NCBI GenBank assembly: GCA_025362955.1
Contig: JANYFB010000273.1
Span: 8,455-72,454, forward strand
Length of the DNA: 64,000 nucleotides
Origin: Akkermansiaceae bacterium
Lineage (GTDB): Bacteria > Verrucomicrobiota > Verrucomicrobiia > Verrucomicrobiales > Akkermansiaceae
Direction of reading: 5' to 3'
Shown here: piece by piece, positions 20,017 through 29,500 of the stretch
How positions within the stretch are numbered: the first letter of the stretch is position 1
Layout of the letters: each line of letters begins with the position of its first letter
Made by a program: the position numbers and the translations under genes
The notes under the pieces: model-generated
Told to the model about the DNA's origin: nothing
What the model saw: the letters and a program-made list of their open reading frames with translations, nothing else
Databases searched by the model: none

Positions 20017-20885
20017 GCGACGAGTCCTCCCTTTCTCAACATCGACTGGATGACGACCTCGAAGGGCACGTCCGAAGTCGTGCTGGCGAGACCCACGCCA
20101 CGGCGCGCACACTCGACCCGCAGGCCTTCATTCCATGTCGCGACGGCCTCCCGATAGATGCGGGCTTCCTTTTCCGTGATCGTCACCCGTTGGCGGGCGG
20201 ACGTTTCCACGCACTCGATTTCAAGGTCGCCGAGCCAAGGACATTCGAGGTCCGACGGGGCATTGACTTGAAGGGCGAAAACATCGTGGCCGGACCATTG
20301 CAGGAAGCGCAAACCTTCCTCAAAGCCTTTAGGGAAAAAGAAATCCGAGATCACTAACACCACACCCTTTTTGCGATGTTGCGCTTGGAAGAAACGCGCA
20401 CAGGCGGTAAAATCGCTGTCAGTGCCAGACGTTTCCGCGCCGTCAAGATCGCGGAGGAATGGGAAAACTTTTCCCCTGCCTCGAGCACTATCGACGATAG
20501 TGCCTAACCGTTCCGTGATGCCATGAACGACGACGCGATCCATTCCGTTAAGCGCGATGTAGCCAAGCGCGGCGGCGAGCCTGCGGGCATAGTCGAACTT
20601 GGGGGCCATCGAGCGGCTGCAATCTAAGAGGATATAGACGGTGGTATCTTCTTCCACCTCGAACAACTTGATGAGTAGTTCCTCGGTCCGGGCGTAGATT
20701 TTCCAATCAATCGCGCGGTAGTCATCCCCGAAACTGTAAGGCGCGTAATCGGCGAAGGTGATGCCGGTGCCACGCCGCTGGGTGCGCCGATCCGCTTGCA
20801 ACGAGCCGCGCAGGACGCGGCGGGCCAGCAAATTCAGGGCATCTAGCTGCTTGATGAAAGCGGGATCGGTGAGGGAGGTTTTCAT
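20013..20885 (-). CDS. DUF58 domain protein
   Basis: GDDYRAIDWKIYARTEELLIKLFEVEEDTTVYILLDCSRSM is the canonical DUF58 core. There is a 4-bp overlap with moxR upstream and with the BatA-N gene downstream. Confidence 0.85.
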   Translation of the reverse strand: MKTSLTDPAFIKQLDALNLLARRVLRGSLQADRRTQRRGTGITFADYAPYSFGDDYRAIDWKIYARTEELLIKLFEVEEDTTVYILLDCSRSMAPKFDYARRLAAALGYIALNGMDRVVVHGITERLGTIVDSARGRGKVFPFLRDLDGAETSGTDSDFTACARFFQAQHRKKGVVLVISDFFFPKGFEEGLRFLQWSGHDVFALQVNAPSDLECPWLGDLEIECVETSARQRVTITEKEARIYREAVATWNEGLRVECARRGVGLASTTSDVPFEVVIQSMLRKGGLVA

Positions 20886-21862
20886 GCCTTCGCCGCCTTA
20901 ACCGCGTCATCGACTAACATATCCGGCTTGATCCCTTCCGCCTCACCCTCGAACGAAAGGATCAGGCGATGGCGTAGCGCGGGGAGGGCGACGGAATCCA
21001 CATCTTCACGGGAAACATGGAAGCGACCATCTAGCAAAGCACGGGCTCGGGCAGCGGCGAGCATCGCCTGACCCGCACGCGGCGAGGCTCCGTGGCGAAC
21101 GAATTGTTTCACCGACTTTGCCGCATTTTCGTTAGGATGTGTACCCCGGACAACCCGGACGAGATAGTCCTGCACTTCCGGCGCGACAGGCACTTCCCGC
21201 AGCGTCTCGCCCATGCGGATGATGTCCGCGCCGTGGGCGACCGGGCTGACGTGTGGGCGGGAATTTCCGCCGGTGCGGTCAAGAATTTGTTTGAACTCAT
21301 CGTGCGATGGCAGGCAGACTTGGAGCTTGAAAAAGAAGCGGTCAAGCTGGGCTTCCGGCAGCGGATAAGTCCCGTCATTCTCGATGGGATTCTGCGTGGC
21401 CATGACGAAAAACGGCAGTGGCAGAGGGTGCGTGTGGTTCGCGACGGTCACGCGCTTTTCCTGCATCGTCTCTAACAAAGCAGACTGGGTTTTAGGAGTG
21501 GCGCGGTTGATTTCGTCAGCTAACAGCATGTTGCAGAACACCGGGCCAGGTTGGAATTCCAACTCCCGGCGGCCATCCCGATCCATCAGGATCTGGGTGC
21601 CGACGACATCGCTCGGCAGCAAGTCCGGGGTGAACTGGATGCGCTTGAATTGCACGTCGATAGCCTGTGCCATCGTATTGACCAGCGAGGTTTTCCCAAG
21701 ACCCGGCACGCCTTCTAGCAGAACATGGCCACCACAACAGATAGCGATGAGGACATCATCAATGATTTCCTGCTGGCCCACGATGAACGTGGAGACGGCG
21801 GTGCGAATGCGGTCGAAGGTATCTTTGAAATGGGCGATGTTAGGTTCGTTAGCAGTTGTCAT
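20882..21862 (-). CDS. MoxR-family AAA+ ATPase
   Basis: 326 aa with Walker A LLEGVPGLGKT, Walker B LLADEINRATPKTQSALLE, and VMATQNP...PLPEAQLDRF typical of MoxR (AAA_3). Confidence 0.95.
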   Translation of the reverse strand: MTTANEPNIAHFKDTFDRIRTAVSTFIVGQQEIIDDVLIAICCGGHVLLEGVPGLGKTSLVNTMAQAIDVQFKRIQFTPDLLPSDVVGTQILMDRDGRRELEFQPGPVFCNMLLADEINRATPKTQSALLETMQEKRVTVANHTHPLPLPFFVMATQNPIENDGTYPLPEAQLDRFFFKLQVCLPSHDEFKQILDRTGGNSRPHVSPVAHGADIIRMGETLREVPVAPEVQDYLVRVVRGTHPNENAAKSVKQFVRHGASPRAGQAMLAAARARALLDGRFHVSREDVDSVALPALRHRLILSFEGEAEGIKPDMLVDDAVKAAKA

Positions 21863-21895
21863 TTGGGAAGAGCAGGATGGTTGATAGAAAAAAGG

Positions 21896-23590
21896 TTATT
21901 TGCCCGAGGCTGGTGCGGGTGCGGCAGATTGCAGATTTTCAAAATAGTTACGGACGCCCAGTTTTAAGGATTCCGGGACATCGTCGCGCTGGACAAAGGA
22001 TTCCACTTGGCGGGCGAATTCGCGTTGTTTCGCCTCGCCATGGCGACCGGAAACACCGGTGCCACTCTCAGCCTCCTCGACGGCACTAAGCGATGGACCG
22101 GAGCCGTGCTGGCCTTGGAGCTGGGTGAGAGCGCCGTTTTTTTGAGAATCATCGTGCTCTTTCCGCTCGCTCCATGACGAGCCAGTGCCAGGTTTTTGTC
22201 CACCGGGTGACTGACCCATGGCAAGCGAGTCCGACTGGCCTTGGGAAAATGATTGGGCTTGGCCAAGCGCTTGTCGGAGTTGGTCGAGTTTGCTTTTTGC
22301 CATGCGCTTGCCGTGCATCCCGCGCATGTGTTTTCCGAGCTTGTCTAGGGCTCCGTTTGCGCGGGCCATCGCGTCTCCCTCACCGTCGTCAGGTTCCGCA
22401 TCCGGGTCCATTTCCATTTCATCCAACTCCTTTTCCGCATGGGCGGCGGCATCATCGAGTTCTGCCATTCGGTCTTCGAGCGGCTTGGCTTGTTCGCCCG
22501 CGCCTTCGGTCATCTGGCCGTTTTCCGAGCCTTCGCCCTGTCCTTGGCTGCCAGCGCCATTTCCTGCCTGCGCTTGGCGTGCACCTTGACGTTGTTTACC
22601 CGCAGCCGCCAGGCGTTTGCTGGCGGCCCGCATTTTCGCAAGCTCTTGTTTTGCTTCGTCGATTGCTTTTTGTTTTCCGGCACGGTCGGCTTTTTTCAAA
22701 TCTTTCGCATCGAACTTTTTCGCCGCGAGTTTTTCTAACATTTCGGCAGCTTCCTTCAATTCCTTGGCATCCAGTTTTTTACCGAGCTGGCGGGCTTCGG
22801 TTTCCTCGGCCTTGGCCAGTTCACCGGCGGCGAGCTTGAGCGTTTCCTCGTCGCGTTGTTGATCGAGCGCGTGGCTGGCATCGCGGATTTTCTGCTCGAT
22901 GCGGGCGAACTCGCGGGCGGCTTCGGCACGGTTTCCGGTTTCGTCGATGGATTTTACAAGCTTGCGGAATTCATCCAGCTTCATGCCTTCCTTCTCCTCC
23001 GGCGCGACGATGTCCTGTTCGAGGGCTTCGATGAATTGCTCCAACTGTTTCTTTGACTCGCCGACGCGGAGCTTGGTTTCACTGGCGATTTTCTCCTCAG
23101 CTCTAACCGATTGCGATGGTGGTAGCAGGCCAAGAACCATCGCGCATAAGGTAAGTGCCACGGCTAACAGAGCGGGGCGGTTGGGGAATTTTTCGGAAAT
23201 AGTCTCAACCTTGCATGACTCCAACCGCGGCTCCAACCACTTCCATTGGAGCGCGGTGGCGGGGTCGTCCGGGTGACACATGGCCAGGTGGCGGGCAGTG
23301 GCGATGCCGTCCTTCAAATGGAAAAACCGATCCGCTTCACGCGCGGCAGCGTTTGGACACATGCGTTTCCGGCACCACCAACCACCGCAACCCACCCCGC
23401 CAAGGATCACGATGGCTAACAGCAATATTTTGGGGACTGAATGACCGCGCAGCACCCAGAACAAAGACGCAATGATCGCCAAGGCAGACGTGTAAACAAG
23501 CGTTCCAATCACCACCCGGCGGGCAAGGAATCCGTCGTGACGACGGGCCACCCGATGGATCAGCGATTCAATTTCAGATCGTACAGACAT
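21896..23590 (-). CDS. membrane-anchored coiled-coil protein of unknown function (operon partner of MoxR/DUF58)
   Basis: 564 aa with 2-3 N-terminal TM helices. These are followed by long K/E/A/Q-rich heptad-like segments, a G/Q/S-rich acidic region, and a conserved-looking tail VPESLKLGVRNYFENLQ. It begins 7 bp after the giant gene. Confidence 0.6.
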   Translation of the reverse strand: MSVRSEIESLIHRVARRHDGFLARRVVIGTLVYTSALAIIASLFWVLRGHSVPKILLLAIVILGGVGCGGWWCRKRMCPNAAAREADRFFHLKDGIATARHLAMCHPDDPATALQWKWLEPRLESCKVETISEKFPNRPALLAVALTLCAMVLGLLPPSQSVRAEEKIASETKLRVGESKKQLEQFIEALEQDIVAPEEKEGMKLDEFRKLVKSIDETGNRAEAAREFARIEQKIRDASHALDQQRDEETLKLAAGELAKAEETEARQLGKKLDAKELKEAAEMLEKLAAKKFDAKDLKKADRAGKQKAIDEAKQELAKMRAASKRLAAAGKQRQGARQAQAGNGAGSQGQGEGSENGQMTEGAGEQAKPLEDRMAELDDAAAHAEKELDEMEMDPDAEPDDGEGDAMARANGALDKLGKHMRGMHGKRMAKSKLDQLRQALGQAQSFSQGQSDSLAMGQSPGGQKPGTGSSWSERKEHDDSQKNGALTQLQGQHGSGPSLSAVEEAESGTGVSGRHGEAKQREFARQVESFVQRDDVPESLKLGVRNYFENLQSAAPAPASGK

Positions 23591-23597
23591 GGCTTGG

Positions 23598-26500
23598 TTA
23601 AGGTTGCTCGGGAGTAGTTAGACTTTTCCCGAGTTTCACGTATTTTTCTTTCTGAGGCTTACCCACCTGGTTCGGCGGGATGGAGGCGTAAATGGATTTG
23701 GCCTCGTCGAGCTGCTTGTTTTCAAACAAGGACTGCGCGAGATCGTATTGAATCATCGCCCGGAGTTCATTGCGCTCAGGACCCGGCTGGCATTCCGCCA
23801 GCGCTGCGCGGTATGCCTCAATGGCCGGTTGGTATTCTTTCCTCATATGGAAATGGTCGCCACGATAATCCATCAACTGAGCGCGGACTTCAGGGATGAA
23901 AGCCGCAGGCATTGGCGAAGTGATCACCATAAAATCATCGCCCACCGGGCCTGCTGCCATCTGATAGGTCCACGCGTTTTGAGGTGGGAACAATGGTGCA
24001 AGGAATGGCTGGGAAAATAGCGCGGTGAAAAACTTCCGGCGGACCTCAGTGAAAGCGGGCGATTTCCATAAATTGTTCCGTGCCGTGCTTTCTACAAATG
24101 AGGCCGAACATTTCTCCACAGGCAACGTTTTATCAAGATCGTTGTGGGTTTTCATGCGGGAGAGAACGTTCTTGAAACGTTCCGGCTGGCCGATCCAGTG
24201 GGCGAGAAACTGGCAGAGCCGGAGAGATGTCGTCATGTCGTTAGAATCAATTTCCGACCGCCCGTCACAACTGACGGCGAGATCCTCGAAGCATTTCAGG
24301 GATTTCTCAAACCCGGCCATTTCGCCCTTACTGATGGCATTGCAAATGGAGATGGAGGAAGAGTTAAATACATCGCGTAGGCTGTTCCTCACTGCGTAGG
24401 AATTATCATTGCTCTCAGACGATGGAGGTGCTGCGACCAGGGCCGATGTCATTTTTTCCAGCAGTCCAGTGTCACCTAACACCATCTTTGCGAATGCGGC
24501 GCGGCGGTAAATAAGGCAATCCGTCTTCGCTATCAGAAATCTCGGATTCATGTCGGTAGGTGCTCCAACCCCCGCTGTCCAATCTTTCAGTGAAGTCTCG
24601 TAGTTCGTGCCTTCAGCGTAAGCGGCGAGTTCATCACGCAGTTCGAGAAGTTCGAGGTAGTTTGTCGCCGTGATGGTATTCAGCATTTCCATCTGAAGTA
24701 GCCGATTCTTGGGCGGATCTTTCTTGTAAGCGGCGGCAAGACGCGTGCTGCGATCCTCGGATTTTTGACGCGGCGCCAGGTCGCCCTCAGCGGCTTTGAT
24801 TTGGAGGAGTTGGCACTCGAGGCGCATCACTTGAATCGGGTCCACACCGGACTTGGTGAACGCATCGAGCTTTTCCTCAAGTGTGCGGCTGTAAACGATA
24901 GCGGAGTTCGGGTTTCGATAAGTGCATCCCAATTCAGGCATGAGCGATTTAGCGAGATCGAATTGGTCAGTGGAGATCAGGGCGATGAACGTCGCCAGAT
25001 CACCCGTAATGGATTGCTTCACTTGGCCTAACAGTTTTTTGACCATTGCATCGTCACCCACCCGGGCGGATGCGATGAAGAATGTGGTGGCCATGGTCGC
25101 GGGGAGGGACGGATGCCCGCCTGCTTTGGGGCTGTTCGCATTTTTCCAAAACGCGTCATTCATACGCCGGGCGAGCGGCTTCGTTTCTGGCCCGAATTCA
25201 ACCGTGGAAATGGCTTTGATTACGGCCATGCCTAATGGATTCACGGCACTGCGAGGTGCCTCGCAGTAGGATTCGTAGAGTAGGGCGATGACCGCGGTGA
25301 TGCCAGAATCGGTGAGGATACCCGGCGTATGGGACACACAGTTGAATGCGAACTGCATCCGCGATGTTTCTGCCCGGGACTTATCTCCGATGATGGAGAC
25401 GAGCAATGCGGATGTGGCCGTGTGGTTCTCTGCCTTGTCCGTAGCCCAACCGGACAAGCCGAGGGTTAGATCGCGATAGGAGAGGCCTTTCAATAACGCA
25501 TCGGAGTCCTTACCGCCCTTTTTGATTAGCTCGTCACGGGTGGTTTGGACAATCTTCCGTTCGCGGGTCGTGTAGGCAGCGCCGGATGAACTGTTATTAT
25601 TCATTTCATAAGTGGTGAGGGCGAGGAGGGCATCGCTGCGGATGTCCTCCGGCATTTCCATGGCGGGCCTCAGACTTCTCAGCCAGTCAGGTTCATTCGA
25701 TGAATTCCCGCGATCCCACCTTGTAAAAGTGGCGCCCATTCTGAATAGCAGTGACTGCCCGTTGTAACTATTATCCGCTAGGCTGAGTCGAGCACCTTCG
25801 GGACTTTTTACGACTGCGGCGATGAACCGGAATGCCAGTGGCTGGTTCTGATAGAATGGAGAGTCCGAGTTATTTAGAAGGCTTATGATCGATTCGTCCC
25901 GCTCGGTGATTTGAAGATCGTTAGAAGTGTAGGAGGAGAGCCGCCCGCCTTGGGTGAGGCTCGTGGTGAAACGGCGCTCGGCCTCAAGGAATAGATCCAC
26001 GGATTTTTGGAAATCCAGAGGCGCTATTTCTGCTAGAATCTGCCTGATTTCACCGAATGGACTACTATAATTGACCTGGCGTTGTTTATTAGATAAAAAT
26101 TCATCAGCACGTTTCACCATCTCTTTGCGGCGGACTTCCTCGGTGGCCTTGGCCTTGTCACGGAAAACGGGTGGCAGCTTGGCTATGGCCTCTGCAGGGA
26201 GCCATGGCAGCAGCAGAGAAAATCCCTCGATACGGGAAGCGGGAAGTTTCGCTAGGGCCGGACCCGCATTTGCGAAGGCTGCGGCGGTGAGATCTGAACG
26301 TTCTTTCCCGGAAGATAGCGCGGCAGCGCTGATGAGATAGCCGAACGTGGATGGCTTGTGATCGCTCAGGCGTTTGACCAGATCGCTGCGGGAGAACGAT
26401 GTGTTCATGTAAGACATCATGCGCTCATTCAGCAACTTCGGCTGGCGGATATAGGTCATCTTTCCACCTACCTGCTGCACCTCCACAAGAATGGCGGCGT

Positions 26501-29500
26501 AAGGTTCCCAGTTCGAGATATCGGATAGCCAGCCGAGCGACTCGAACAAAGCCTCCACTTCCTCCGGCTTCTGATAGTTGTGATTTCGAAACGAACGGAA
26601 CAATTCATACTCGTTATTTCCCACAGGAATCCCGAGGCGGAACAAGGTGCGGTGGAGCCGGATCGCATCTGGAGGATTGAGAGATTGCTGGCGGAGGAAG
26701 CTCTCGATGACATTGATCTGCTGATAGAGGAGCTGTTTGCCATCTTTGCTTTCCCAGTCGATTTTCTCGCCAAAGACCGCTTTTGAGATCGCGACGCAGA
26801 TGGCGTCAAGGTCTTCTTGGCTACCGGCGACACCAGCAGTTAGAGCGGCGCTGAGCAAACTGATGTCCGACCCTGGATTTCCATTAGACATACCGTTTAC
26901 CAATTTCCCCGGTGGAGTTTCGCGGATACGGTCGAGAAAAAACCTGGACGCGCCGGGCACCGTTCCCGCGCGCGTTAGCACTCCCTGGCGCAACATGACA
27001 CTCACCCTGTCATTGCCACTTTTCAGGCTATCAGAATCCCACAGCTTACTGAGCTGTTCGATGGTGGAGATGTTTGCCATCGCGGAAACGAGTCCGCCTA
27101 CCTTGGGATTGCGTTCGACCAACTCTTTCAGATAAGCAGGTGGCAGAATTTCATTTGGAGTTTTTGCCTTCGCTAGCCGAGCTGTTAGCCAACCGACGGA
27201 TGAATAGGAACCCAGATCGTCTCCACTGCTGCTGGAACCGCCATTGCCAAGGATGAGGGTGAAGAATGATTGGTTTGAGTACTGGGTCTGTGCGGTTTCG
27301 ATTTTCGCCACTGCGAGAGCTTCGCGGGCTTTTGCATCCAGTTCTTCGGGAGTGGTTTTCCAAGCCTTCGCTCCCGAATACAGCCTGAAGCCCTCCTCAC
27401 TGAGGGTGGGATAACGGAGCATCGCAAGTGCCAGGCGTCTCGCAATCGCGAGACGCCGGTTCGCAGTCTCTTGGTCCTTCACCTTTTCCTTGGACTCAGA
27501 GAAAAGGTCCGGTAGCGCGTTGGTATTCTGGGTGCTGTAGAACTCTTTCGCAAGATAGGCTGCCCATGATAGATTCGCCTTCGCGAGATCCTCCGGGGTA
27601 GCGCTCTCGAGCCATCCGGTGACTGTTTCAAAATACTCAAGGGTTTCCTTATTATCCTCGCGGTTAGAAAGTGCCTGGCCTCTTTCATACGCAAGCATGA
27701 CAAAATCCTCGGAAGCGGCAGATCGCGACATGAGCTTCTTCACCCGGCCACGCTGCGCTGAGGGTAGTAGGAATGCCATTTTCGCAGCGACGGATGCATC
27801 ATCAGGGCGCTCCACGATGAGCAATTCCAGAGTGGCAAGCGCCTGCTCGTTTTTTCCTACCGCAGTACAAATATCGGCGTATTCCAAGCGTTTTGTTAGG
27901 CTTTTTGATTCGCCGGGATCGGTAATTTTAACGAGTTCCTTGCGGACATCCTCGCTGAGTTTGGTAAGCAGTTCGCGGATTTCATAGCTACTATTACCAC
28001 GATTCGATTTCGCTTGGCGGAAGATCAAAAGCGCCTCACGCGCGGCGGCATCATACTTTTTCTCGGAGGAAAGTTTGATGACTCTTTCCATCGTGCCGTT
28101 TGTGCGGGAGGAAGAAGATGACGAGCTGCTGGAGGCTTGCCCAAAACCCGCTGGGCCGAGCGGAGAGCCACCTGTCTTGGAAATTGCGGGTGCTTGGAAT
28201 CGTTTCGCGAGATCCTCGAAGCCGAGTTCCGTGGCTTTCGCGGCTAATACCGGAGCCCCTTGTAATCCTAACACCTGACGGCACTGGACCAGCACTGTTC
28301 TTAGGGAATCTGCGATTTTTGCACGTTCCTCCGGCTTCATTTCACTAGCTAGTGCGATCAATGTCGTGTTGAGCCAAGTCGTATAATTCTGGTCCGATGC
28401 GCGGGCGGCACGAGATTGGTCTAACAACGAATAGGCCTCGCTGAATTTCTTACCCTGCACCGCCTGATAGGTCCGCAGCAGCGCGAAATCTCCAGCTTCT
28501 TCTTTCGGCGGAGTGACAGAGAGTAATTTTGCGGCTGCGGCTTGATCCCCGGCTCGGAGCATGACCCAGGCGCGCAGGACCGGCGACTCGATACGATCTA
28601 AATATGTCCTCAAGTCTTTCGGGTCGATGCCACCATAGCCGCCATTACCCTGCGTCTCAGAGGCCGGACGAATCTGATAGAGGTAGATGGAGGGAAGTGA
28701 AGTGTAGGATAGATTTTCAAATGTGGGTAATGCGAATGGCGTTTCACCGTTCATCCATGGATTGTAGCCGCGCATCCGCCCATAGGACATTCTGGCTTGT
28801 AACTGTGATGACATACCGGAAGCGCCGTTTGGTTGCTTTCGGAAACGTTTCACCATGCTATTGAGTGCATCAATCCACTGTTCACGGGTGCCTGCCACGG
28901 CAAGTCCGTATAGCCGGAACTGATCGAGCTTTTCATCATCTACCGGAGCTTTCGCGATGAGTTCCAAGACGATTTTTTTCAATGCCTCCCGCTGTGTTTC
29001 AGGCATGGCGCTCTTCTCATCGGCAATGATCTGGACCAGTTGGTAGGCGGTCTTCATCACCATATCGGAATCCTTGGATTCCAAGCATTGTCCAGCAGCA
29101 GTGAGGATCTGTGCCCACGTTGGATCATCGGCTTTTGCGTCCTTCGCGAGGATAACCGCAGCTTGGAAGCGGGTAAGCGGTGAGAGATGCGGCTGTTTTT
29201 CCAACGCCATTTTCAGAAGCGCCACATTTATCCCTGATCCGCTAGAATTATAGCTGTTATACATCATGACCATGCCTAGCAACCCAGGTTCTTCCGGGTG
29301 GGCCTGCAATAACTTCGGGAAATCTGGTTGACCAGCACCGCTAGAGTCCACGAAATCTGCCATGAATGCGGCGTTCGTCACGCCTGCCGCCCGGATCTGC
29401 GCTTGAATCTGAGTGCCGCCATCGCCGCTTTTTTTCGCGAGTTTGCAAATATGGACCATCGCCATCCGGTGAACTTCTTCCGTGTCTTGTGGCAGTGCGA